NCBI GenBank assembly: GCA_040954595.2
Contig: CM082591.2
Coordinates: 2,689,258-2,753,257, forward strand
DNA length: 64,000 nucleotides
Direction of reading: 5' to 3'
DNA from: Balanoglossus misakiensis
Lineage: Eukaryota; Animalia; Hemichordata
Of this stretch, positions 28,201 through 40,600 are shown piece by piece; position 1 is the stretch's first letter; each line of letters starts with the position of its first letter. A program made the translations under genes and the position numbers. The notes beneath the pieces were generated by a model that saw only the letters and a list, made by a program, of their open reading frames with translations, did not search any database and was not told where the DNA came from.

Positions 28201-29601
28201 TTCATAATATTTTTAAGAACTGACATTTTACGTTACGGCAGAATTACCTGTCCACTACTTTCTTTAATTGCACCGAGAAATGTGCCTTCATACCAGATCC
28301 CATCTCCGCGTTTCTTGCCGAGAAGTTTCATGCCCTCAGCAAGAGTTGGCTTCCTGTACAGGAGAAATAAATCAAAGAAAACCATGGCAATTTTCTTCTG
28401 AACAATAATCTCAAATATCAAAGAAGCATGATTTTTTGTTTGTTTGTTTGTTTGTTTGTTTGTTTGTTTGTTTGTTTGTTTGTTTGTTTGTTTTCGAAGA
28501 TGCGCACTCACTTGTAGGTTGTCGGGTCTGGTTCCAGTTCAGACGGCGCCACCATCTCCGTTTCCATGGGAATAGCTTCATCCGTTGCCGAGTAATCAAT
28601 GAGGTCCTCAATGGGCGTTTGTTGCGCTTCCATGGCAACAGGTGCAGAAACTTTACTCTTGGCCCTGGCTTGCCTACTGTCGCCATAGTGATAGGTGTAG
28701 ATGGAGTCTTCTTCTCTTTCCTTTGGTTCTTTCTCCTTGTTGTCAAGGTTACTCTTGTTGTTACTGTTGCCATAGCTGTAGGTGTATATCGAGTCCTCTT
28801 CTTCTTTTTTCTTGAATTCATGTTCTCTGAAGAAGACCAGACCAAGCTAAATTTTTACGAATGCTGATTCACGAACAAGCATAGAGTGGCTTTGTAGCAG
28901 GAACATACGCACGCAACTGAAAGCCATGCAGTTGCCAATTACGCATGAACAAGATTTCATGTTTGTAAGTCGTGACTCAAACTTTTACAGATGCCCTCCA
29001 AGTGGCGATGTTGAACGCAGCCATGTCACTTGCATTGATTTTTGATTTGATTTATTTCATCACTGACAGAAAACTGAACATTACAAAACAGTACAAACTG
29101 AAGAAAAATCTATAAACATACAATGATATATCTTGGAAGTTGAAAGGTTAATCTCAAACACACAGACACAATCCATGCCACACATCATTCTATTTTGAAA
29201 TAATTTAACCACACTTACAGTTCTTTTTTCTGCTTGTCCAGGTTTTGCCGGTACTCATTCACGAGATCATCAATCTCACGGAACATTCCATTTATTTCCG
29301 ACTGTTTGCCTGTGGAAATTGTAAATGGAAAACTTGTGAATAAAATACATATGGGATTTAGAATGTGTAAAATCTTGTATTTAACTTCTTTTTTCTATTC
29401 AGTTCGCTGTACGCTGTGAATTTTTACCCGGGGACCAGTACTTAAGAAACACTTACTTCCTACATCATCTAGATCAGTGGTTATCTTCTGTGTATCTTCA
29501 CAAAATTCTCGTCTTCCGATATCCCAGATGACATCATCGATGAATTTTTCCAGTTCTAGTTTCATTCCTGTATCGATGGTGGTAAATTCCACACCAGCCA
29601 T
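19237..29601 (-). CDS. SETDB1: Histone-lysine N-methyltransferase SETDB1 (Tudor - MBD - pre-SET - split SET - post-SET), about 1493 aa
   Basis: 28 coding exons with GT-AG ends and consistent phases: 29601-29457, 29309-29219, 28826-28512, 28353-28248, 28060-27943, 27782-27695, 27540-27467, 27358-27226, 27093-26973, 26782-26650, 26437-26277, 26143-26014, 25796-25641, 25504-25158, 24941-24810, 24654-24530, 24398-24294, 24108-23966, 23848-23752, 23578-23435, 23071-22991, 22679-21994, 21659-21492, 21370-21125, 20334-20236, 19979-19849, 19631-19543, 19354-19237 (sum 4482 nt). Motifs: [36 protein letters not shown] (Tudors); [19 protein letters not shown] (MBD); [24 protein letters not shown] (pre-SET); [76 protein letters not shown]-terminal and SET-insert exons are less certain than domain exons. 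Confidence 0.96.
19780..19826. repeat. Perfect 21-bp tandem duplication (GGGCGGCCATATTGGCATAGA)x2 plus partial copy, in a SETDB1 intron
   Basis: Units at 19780-19800 and 19801-19821, partial unit at 19822-19826. Confidence 0.95.
28435..28490. repeat. (TTTG)14 microsatellite in a SETDB1 intron
   Basis: Read directly from the sequence. Confidence 0.97.
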
Positions 29602-30315
29602 TCTTGATGGCTGCAATGCGCACAAACATTCAAATTTTAACTCAGTAACTGACAATAATTATTTCATGTTTTTTTTATCTTCAGTTCATCATCAACCAGT
29701 GAAGATTCTACCAAGAACACAACTGGTCAATACCTCTCAGATAGTGGTTTAAGAGACGGTGAGTGATTAATACCAGTATTGGACTATTGGGTACATGTTG
29801 GCAAATAAGTGTTGAAATTTGGAGTGCTGAGAAATTTATTTGATTGTGTGCTTTGTACAGTAAGTTTGCTTTCAAAGTGGCTGGACATGATTTCAAGCCA
29901 CTGTTAAACAAAACACAGCACCACCCCCCCCCCTCAGCCAGTGACCTGCATTGTGCATGATGTGTGCTCATGAATATGCGTCTACTATTGTCTTGTAAGT
30001 TGCATTGTGTGACACCTTAGACTTTACTTGCATGCATGCATAATCATGCACAGTTTGTTATGGGTCCCACTTTCTGCGCTTAAAATCAATTTGGTGAAAA
30101 CTCGAATTAAGCTAAGGGCAATAAAACTGCATATGGACACCACGTGAGTAAAATGGAGGTGTTGGTAATGTTTCGTCTCGCAGTCGACCCCCCCCCCCCC
30201 CCGAGTCCCATTTCGCTTTGTTTCGAGGTCATGTGACAGGGCCAGGTACAATTTTCGATATTCCTTCAAAAACTACACTCAGTGAAAACGAACGCCGATC
30301 ATATTACGCTCTTAC

Positions 30316-30542
30316 CTTTCTTTGCTATGTCAGAGTGGACTAAAATAGTCGCCTCAGCGTGCGAAAAACTGGCAGTATATTAGGAACGCGTACCTTCAAG
30401 CTTCAGAAAAGATTCGTATGGAGGACGCCATTTTGTAACCTACTCAACACAATGTAATCGTTGGTGGCGCTATACCACACCACTGGTACTCGACTCGACC
30501 CGTTTCTTTTTTCACTTTGATTGCCAATACTTTATCGATAAA
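30316..30542 (-). promoter_or_regulatory. Probable SETDB1 promoter and non-coding exon 1
   Basis: Strong donor AAG|GTAAG after 30316, YY1-type CAAAATGGCG (minus strand, 30426-30435), palindrome TTTATCGATAAA with DRE core TATCGATA (30531-30542), and CpG enrichment. The first coding exon has an acceptor upstream of 29610. Confidence 0.6.
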
Positions 30543-31034
30543 CTGCTTCTTGGTCAACGATTTATGCCACATTAAAACAATGAAGATGTCCTGGTAATCT
30601 TCAATTTCCAATTTTAATTTTGCGAAATGCACACATTGTATTAGCCGGCTGTATATATGGCAAATCCCTACTACTGGCACTGGTGTTTTGTTTCAAGTTA
30701 TGTTTAATACATTTTGTAGTTTCAAAATTTCTAGACAAGCTTTGACATTGTTCTCTGTTCAGTTCTCCATCCAACTCATTGTACAATTTGTTTCTGTTGG
30801 CAGAAAATTATCGTTGCGTAATCAGGCACAATGCTGCACAAGAAACTGCAGTTCGGCCTTCAAATTCAGATATTGAGGTCACCTTCTAACCATTTGCATA
30901 TTCATTGACTCATTTGCATGATGTCAATTTTTGAAATACGATCAGTGTAAACTTACATGCATGCGTATGAAGACAGCAAGTTTATTCTAACGTACTGTTT
31001 ATTAAAGTTGTGAGTGCATTGTATGTAATTCATT

Positions 31035-31078
31035 CGGTAGTTCTCTTTTTTGAATATGTGGTGGCCCTGAAAAGGGCC
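31035..31078 (-). terminator. H3 histone 3' stem-loop plus histone downstream element
   Basis: GGCCCTTTTCAGGGCC at 31078-31063, then ACCA, then CAAAAAAGAGAACTACCG at 31052-31035. Confidence 0.95.
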
Positions 31079-31109
31079 GTTTTGTTTAGTGTATGCCAAA
31101 GCACACAGT

Positions 31110-31535
<426 letters not shown>

Positions 31536-31573
31536 TCAAACAAGTCAATGTCCACTGTTCGTTTCAGTTGTCA

Positions 31574-31681
31574 ATTTATACTTCTTCAAACTAAGCGCCA
31601 AAGACGCTGATTGGTCGTTTGACTGAATACACTAATTGCTTATGAATAACAAAGAGAAGCCTAAAGCTGGGCTCAGATTGG
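31574..31681 (-). promoter_or_regulatory. H3 promoter: TATA box and two CCAAT boxes
   Basis: TATAAAT at 31580-31574; CCAATC near 31614-31609 and 31681-31676 on the minus strand. Confidence 0.6.
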
Positions 31682-32386
31682 TCTGTAAATGCATACATTA
31701 TTAGAAAGCGATGATCCTCTTCTGTTGTGAAGCTAGAAATTCTTAACTTTCGTGCAATGATCTTCGTTTTCTGATAATTATTCCGTATACGAAAATCAAA
31801 CAATGAAATGTTTGAATATGTTGCTTACGTACGCGTATTAGATTTGCATAGACTCATTGAATGAAACATACACACTCGTCATGTCGCGTTTCAACTGATG
31901 CGCATTTCACTGCGTGACTATTCTCATGTACACGGGGGGGGGGGGGCAGTTTTGGTGATACGACCATGTTTTATTAGGAAAGGGAATAATCTAAAATAGT
32001 CGAAATATTAAGCATCTCCTTCCTTTAAAAACAAGCAGACCCACGATACAATGAATGTAAGGGTGTGGGAATTCCTAAGATCGTTTACTTTTTGCAGGGG
32101 AAGGGTCATGGTCTCTATTATTAAATAATAGTTTTATTTCTAACCAGATAAGATTGCATAAATTATAAATGCTTGTAAGGTGGCCCTCCACCGGTTTCTT
32201 TTCACACTTCCCTTTTGGAAGTGTGTGATATCTTCGAATTCCAAGGTCACTTTGCTCTCGGGAAAAGATGACAGCCCTAGGCAAGGTCAACCCGTTGTTG
32301 TGTGTACGTGTGGTGTCATATTGTTATTCGTGAATAGTGAAATGTCATTCTCTCAATTCACATGATTCAGTGTGTGTTATGTTATA

Positions 32387-32430
32387 CGGTAGTTCTCTTT
32401 TTGGAGGATGTGGTGGCCCTTAAAAGGGCC
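32387..32430 (-). terminator. H4 histone 3' stem-loop plus downstream element
   Basis: GGCCCTTTTAAGGGCC at 32430-32415; CAAAAAGAGAACTACCG at 32403-32387. Confidence 0.95.
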
Positions 32431-32465
32431 GTTTGGTTTGGGTTCTTTTATGTCATGATGACAGT

Positions 32466-33017
<552 letters not shown>

Positions 33018-33427
33018 TTATTTATTTTAATGTCTACTTATTTTTTGCTTATTTATCTATTCTTTAATTACAAATAATCTTTGGGGAGCACTGAGAAATG
33101 CACTCCCTAAACTACACATTGTAGTACAACAAAGATATGAAATAAATATTAATGTGGGATAAGTTAAAATCAAATATTAGAAATCACAGATTTTCTATTC
33201 AGTGTGCTTATTTCCACCTCAACCTCGATCTATTACTGTAGTATAATTTAATGAGTTGATAAGTGGGTTAAAGACTGGATCCTGCAAAACTAAATTTAAA
33301 GAAACTACGTGGCTGGTTTCTGGGTAGATGACCAAAACACACTGGTTGCAAAAATAAGTGAACAAAAAATATTGCAATTTGTGTGACCTGCAAACTTTGT
33401 GAATCAGCAGTACCCAGGGGATGTGTG

Positions 33428-33495
33428 TATGTATGTATGTATGTATGTATGTATGTATGTATGTATGTATGTATGTATGTATGTATGTATGTATG

Positions 33496-33523
<28 letters not shown>
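33428..33523. repeat. (TATG)24 microsatellite in the H4-H2B spacer
   Basis: Read directly from the sequence. Confidence 0.97.
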
Positions 33524-33526
<3 letters not shown>

Positions 33527-33697
33527 TGTACACGTGTGTACCTATTGCAATCAGGTGTTTCTTTCATTTGTCAAAAAAAATTGAATGTCTGTACGTGTGT
33601 GAGTGCATGCCTGTCTGTATCATGTAATGTATCACAGTATGTGTGTGTATATGTATTATATTATTCATTTCTATGTTTTTAACAGCATTGAGTTGAA

Positions 33698-33741
33698 CGG
33701 TAGTTCTCTTTTTGGAGGATGTGTTGGTCCTGAAAAGGACC
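33698..33741 (-). terminator. H2B histone 3' stem-loop plus downstream element
   Basis: GGTCCTTTTCAGGACC at 33741-33726 (compensatory U-A pair relative to the other three genes); CAAAAAGAGAACTACCG at 33714-33698. Confidence 0.95.
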
Positions 33742-33773
33742 GTTTGGTTCATGTATGCTTTTGGGCATACAAT

Positions 33774-34142
33774 TTATTTGGAGCTGGTGTACTTGGTGAC
33801 GGCCTTGGTACCCTCACTGACGGCGTGCTTGGCCAGCTCACCGGGCAGCAAGAGACGGACAGCAGTCTGGATCTCTCTGCTGGTGATGGTTGAACGCTTG
33901 TTGTAGTGGGCCAAGCGGGAAGCTTCAGCGGCGATACGCTCGAAGATGTCGTTGACAAAGCTGTTCATGATGGACATGGCTTTGGAGGAGACACCAGTAT
34001 CAGGGTGGACCTGTTTCAACACCTTGTAGATGTAGATACCATAGCTTTCCTTCCTTCGCCTCTTCCTCTTCTTGTCACCAGTTCGTGTGGCTTTCGCCTT
34101 TCCTGCCTTCTTGGCTGCTTTACCACTTGCTTTTGGGGGCAT
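33774..34142 (-). CDS. H2B: Histone H2B
   Basis: 122-aa ORF with [21 protein letters not shown]...[16 protein letters not shown] and a 3' stem-loop. Confidence 0.99.
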   Translation of the reverse strand: MPPKASGKAAKKAGKAKATRTGDKKRKRRRKESYGIYIYKVLKQVHPDTGVSSKAMSIMNSFVNDIFERIAAEASRLAHYNKRSTITSREIQTAVRLLLPGELAKHAVSEGTKAVTKYTSSK

Positions 34143-34861
<719 letters not shown>

Positions 34862-34892
34862 TTTGTGTGCACAATGCATACACATGCCAACC

Positions 34893-34936
34893 GGCCCTTT
34901 TCAGGGCCACCACATCCTCCAAAAAGAGAACTACCG
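34893..34936 (+). terminator. H2A histone 3' stem-loop plus downstream element
   Basis: GGCCCTTTTCAGGGCC at 34893-34908; CAAAAAGAGAACTACCG at 34920-34936. Confidence 0.95.
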
Positions 34937-37900
34937 AATATGTGTGCGTCATTAGTGTGTGTTTTGTATATGCTTGGTAAAATTTGATGTTTATAATATA
35001 AGGCGAAGTTAAATATTTAAAGTATGACAGTTTGCATGCTGTATTATATAGTCTAGTCGTCACGTGATGTCTGTGGTCAAGAGCGCCACCACCGTCAACT
35101 TTGCCTTTTTGTTTTACTTTGTTCATGCGAACATACGTGCGCCTCCAACGACAGAAACGCGTTGGCAGGGAGATGTGGCAGCCGTAGCAACACACAGCCT
35201 TGCCACGCGTACACACAGCTGAAAGTTGATATTAGCAGTACCAAAATACTAGATTAACCATAGACCTCGCTCCAGGGTCTATCATATAATAAAGCAACTA
35301 CTACCGCCTTTTATAGAAACGTGTTTTTCATGCACTCACAAATCGTAGGTCATTATAATAATACCTTGAGTTGCCCAGCACGAGTTCACGCATTCATTGA
35401 TAACAGTTCAGTCAACTCATAGCATCTGTCACAAATTGATGCGCGTTAATGGAAATTAAGATAAACGGTCTATGATTCAAAGTCAAACTTGTTCGCGACT
35501 GTATACAGCAAGCACACATGCCCAGGAAATGGCGCTATATCTCATTTGTATGACAGAACAGACCAGCCACAACTTCGACGCTCGAGCCACGTGAACCCTG
35601 ACCTTCCCGCAATAAAATTGCGCGGGCTCTCTGCGTCATTTCCGCTTCACTTTACGTCGTTCACAGATCTCTGACAGAAGTGGCAACAACCTGTTTTCAA
35701 GGTCGCGGAGATATGTCAACAATGGAGAATGTGGGTCATGATGTTTTATAAATACTGAAGCAGTTGACGATATTTTGTGTATTTTCTGACGTACATAAAT
35801 ATGTAAACTCAAACTGTGTGTTATCGGTGGCAGCATTGACACAAGGATGAACTTCCTCACAAAAAAAACACGCGTAACCGAAGTTTCCGGAGAGAAATTG
35901 CCGGTGCTTCCGGTATGCTCATCAAATTGACTCGAAACGTGACAAATCAATGACGATAGCTGAAATTAATGAGTACCATCTTCCAAAGTAATAGCTGTTT
36001 TGGCGTTTGTCGTCGATCAAATCTTGCACCGGAGGGTTAGTAATCCCTCCTACGCACGCGCTGGATAGCATACGTCTATAAAAAATCTACCCACAACAAC
36101 ACAGAAAACGACATTTCCCCCAAAAATGTACACAGATAGTGAGGGTTTGGTTTAATCACTCGAGTATGAGGGTGTTCACCTTTGACTTCTGGTCTTCTTA
36201 GTATTCTCGCCCCATAAAATAGAAATGTCACGATGAATGACGAGGTAGTTCTTTTGTTGTTATATTTGATTCAATACTACAATATCCTATTTACAAACAT
36301 TGGAAAACGAGGTTGTTAGCAAGAAGAACTTATTACGAAAAAGTCAATGCACAGGAAATGACAAGGGATCTATTCATGCTGTCCCAACATGACGAAACCA
36401 TAGCTTGGCTGTAACTACAGTAGCCAGACCTCCACAATTGTCAATAGATGTGTCGTGCAGTGAATGCGAAATTCTCCGATTATGTGGTGGTACCTCTGTC
36501 AGAGAGTGTTCGGTTAATGACCCTGGGAGTAAGGACCAGGTGTGTCACAGTGGTTCCGGTTCTGTATAGAGAAAACTAAATACACGATACACTGTACTAG
36601 ATCAAACAGTAAAATTACAAGAACTGTATTGCATCATTTCTTGTTAGTGTAAGATATAGATTCCCAACCATTAACCATTTGATACAAAATTTAATTTAAC
36701 AGGCTTGTAGTCTGTGATATATCTAGTCAACATTTCCATGAACAACAGAAAGTGGTGAATTCGTGCGTGTGTCCATCATCATGTCATTTGAGAAACATCT
36801 TTTTCTCATCCGAATGATCTGCAGTAATCTTTTACAACCAGATAACCAAGGTTATGACATGCGAGCAGTGCTTATTGGATATGATACAGGCCCTTGACTC
36901 GAAACATAACCATATGAACTTGCTCCATTTAACAAGTTCAGAGTGTATCAATTCGCGGGTGAAGGTTCCAAAATAGTAGGAGGGGTGCAGTAAAGTTGCA
37001 ATAAGATTTGCGAAAAAAATGAAAGAAGGATATTGCAGTGGAGAAATCATTTTCTTTCGACTTGTCAGTAAAATCCACCTTGGAATTGAAACAACCCGCG
37101 CACAGTAGTGTTATGGTGGTATCATAGCTGTATATCTCTCTGTGTGTGTACAAATCAAACAAACTAGAAATCATGACATTACTGTTTATCGTTTCTTATC
37201 GCAGTACACGTCAGTACAACGATACTCCATTTTTAAATTGTAAAGAAAAGAAGTACATAGGGGTGAGGTTCTGTTGACACGGGGAATTGTACATATTTGA
37301 AGAGTCGTCAAAAATTGGGTGAAAATATGCAGTTTGCGGGCGGTGTGCGAACGAGCAATGGCGGCATGATTCTTATTATAGGTCACGGGGTGAAAGGTTA
37401 TTTATACCTGGCCGCACGTGCAGAAGTGAATTAAGGTGGAAATAGCTCTTTGGGTACACCGTAGGCAGAACTAGAAAAGATTGAGTATTTACACTTTATC
37501 AATTTTAGGTTATCAATGTGAATCCTCATTTCGTCAACCTTGTCAAAGAATAGCTGTGTTGACCATTACCAGGAATATGCCATATACAGCAAGCGTTGAC
37601 TAAATATCCCGGGGAATAGCTCACGGCTATTCCCTGCAGGACCACTATAATTGATAATTAAACAACAGTGTTACGACATTGCAAAATTCCGACCGCTGTT
37701 TCAGCTGCCACTCCAATTCATGTGCTTCATACCAAAAGTAATTTAATTTTCATCTGACTCTCTCTGTTGTCTCTCCCCGTCTCTCTGCCCATGTCTGTCT
37801 TTCATAATTTACAAGCAACTATGAAAATTGGGAACGTTGATAACTGTGTGATTCATTTACGTTTCATCCTTCCGGAAACCCAATTTTCGATACCAACATT

Positions 37901-40249
37901 TGGGGCTAACTGATAAGTTAACTGTAGGCTATATTCCACCCACAACTTCACTTTTATGACCCCTCGTTTTGATAGAGACTCGGTGACTCCGTCGTCGTGA
38001 ACCGCAAACCTCTTGACGGCCACTCATTACATGCGTTGCGGAGCATCGTGGAGCGGAAATTATATTTCGGGAGAATGTGTGACTCACACATACGTGTGTA
38101 AAAAGTTGTTCTCTTTAATTCCAGTCTTCAACTTCATCCCTGTTTTGTACGTACTTCATGTTCGTGTTGGTATCGCCTGAGAAGCTATGAAAAGTGAATC
38201 TCAATAAAATCGTGAGAGAGGGGGTGGGGTGCATTGTCACATCTTCAGAAAAGAGAGCGAAGGCTACTAGGAATGTGGCTACGAAAAAAGACCCTGATTT
38301 TGTAGGCGTATATCTTTCATGGTGGTATTTCAGAGTTTCTTTACCTCCGATAACATATCTACGTATCGCGGAGAGACAAATGATCAACAACGTAGGTGTG
38401 ACGTCCGTCCGCAATGATGAGTAGAAACACCCAAAAGATTGAAGCATAAACTGAAGTGTTTGGCCAATCCGAGTAAATATTTAGATAAACTCTGGCGGGT
38501 CATGTCGCTCGCATTGTGAGGATTTCAGAATCGTGACGATCAACCGATTCTCCATATTGCTCTGCTACTCCGGGAATCTTCCAGCCCTGCCTTATCTCAT
38601 ATATCTTGACATTTCCATTCGTTTGTGTTAAGTTTCTATTTTCAAAGACCACGTTTTTCGCGCGAAGAAGATGCTCCTGGTATATTTCACACATTCTTTG
38701 GACACCAGAAGTATACAACCCCGTGCACCGTTTACAATCGACTCGAAAAATAATCCCTCAAGTGAAAATCGAAGAGAACAGGTCTTTTAGAACAAATAAT
38801 CAGGCGATCAGTGCTGTCTGCTCGGTCGGGGCGGGCGGTCGATGTTATATCAAGGCAGATCAACTCCATCTGAAAGATCGTGGGAAATTGTACAATCGGG
38901 GTGGAATTGTTGTTGGCTCTTGAATGACATTTCCAAATGAAGACACGCAGAAGTTTATTTTCTTTAGACGCGGGAAAAGTCATCTGACAGCGTTGTCAAA
39001 ATACAAACACTTTGTAAACTGGGAACAAATTATCGCTTCTCAGTTCAATGGACGACGTTCGCATCGAATGTGTTTTCCTCGACGAATTATAGACAATTAC
39101 AGACAATTCGTTACTTCACTTCCGTCACGGCGCCGTCATGCGTGGCGTCGGTTTCGTTAAATGTAACAAAAATGGTGGTCAGAATAGTGCTACAGCCATG
39201 GCGACAGAAAAGTGCAATAACCCCACTGTTCACACTCACAGCAGACTTTATTGTAAAACCACACTTTTAGTAGGCCTGTCACGTACTAAAACATAATGGC
39301 GTCTGTCGACCACATTTACTGTCGACATAATAAAACAATACCTTCATTGTGTGATTTCATTTTCTCAAAATAATATTTGTAAAATATGTTTATATGCAGG
39401 ACGAAGACCCAATAAACAAGATTTGTTTGGCGAAGATGGACAATTGAAAAGCTGGTTGAAATGGATAACAGTGCGTTTGGCTGTCGATTTCGGGGTATGT
39501 AGGTTACTCTGTCGCTATCGGAAGTTGGTACGCGTCCAAACTGCCACGCGCCCTTGACAACATTCCAAGAAACGGGCGCACGTTCTTGACTTGTTTCCAG
39601 ATCCTCGATGCGCGTGGTATCGCGCAGTTGATACCAATTGTGTTAAACATTTACGGTGCAGAAACTCCTCTCTGAACCGTAAAACTATTCTCAATATTGA
39701 CAAATTAAAGGAAAAGGCAAACAGAAACACGTCAACATTTTACGATTCAAAGGAACGCGTGTCTCAATGTATGGGCCAGAGTGCGTCAGAACCGCGCCGC
39801 GTCAACTTTTGTGCGTCAATCTTACAAGGACCTCGGTCACTTTTCGAAGAATACGCGATGGCCAAATACTGGAGGCTACTAGCACGCGTTTTGCTTACAG
39901 CGTATTCTTTTGTGTCAATGCCCACTTTGTTATTTTTCTCTCTATCCTTGGTCGATCATCCATACCACGATGAAGCTGTAAACTTTGGCAAAATTTATGG
40001 GAAATTGCCAGTAGCTGACCTTATCGCGACCTGTCCTTGTGCAAACGCACACGCAGCCCAGCGGGAGGTAACGGTGGATAGAACAGCCGGGGCAACTCAT
40101 TAAGATTTGCTTACAGGGGTGGGGGAGGGGTACTCGAAAACTCTGGCGAGCTTTGGTAGCTAAGAAACCAGACCACTGTGCGTCTGGTGGACAGTTATGA
40201 ATTTTCATTACGCAAACATTGATATCGTTGGCAACTTTTGAAATGCAGA

Positions 40250-40600
40250 TATCCATCGCGCGTGTTTGAGCGCGAGCGCGCAGTCCAGCACCCCGCGACC
40301 GGATAGACGTTCCCCGAAGTTGACCCTCCCGTGAAATTTTGGCAGACGCATGCGCCGTGAGAGTTTCTCGTGAATGAATCTTACTTAGTCACAACAAATA
40401 AAGAGATCGTATAGTGAATAAGCCGGCAGAAAAGTTGCCACAACCCAGCTGACCACCGTCGGTGACCGGACAAGAAATAACTTACCGTGTGTACATATAC
40501 CTTTCGCCTCTCGGACTCGTAGCGTTGGACGCCCAAAGGTCAAATCAGTCGACGTACCGTGATCAACAGAGATTAGCTGAATCACCGAGTTTGGGTAAGT
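40250..40600 (+). promoter_or_regulatory. CpG-dense candidate promoter / non-coding first exon, possibly of the downstream LRR gene
   Basis: CGCG runs, NRF1-like ACGCATGCGC near 40346-40355, and a consensus donor G|GTAAGT at 40595. The LRR gene's ATG exon begins with an acceptor (48558-48559), so an upstream exon is expected; this link is unproven. Confidence 0.3.

Noticed and set aside
28411-28867. 144-aa and 143-aa ORFs with TNKQ / VCLF repeats
   Set aside because: They are microsatellite read-through and wrong-frame translations of a SETDB1 exon.
36241-36260. GGTAGTTCTTTT resembling the predicted U7 5' end
   Set aside because: Imperfect complement to the HDE, with no U7-type Sm site or 3' hairpin following.
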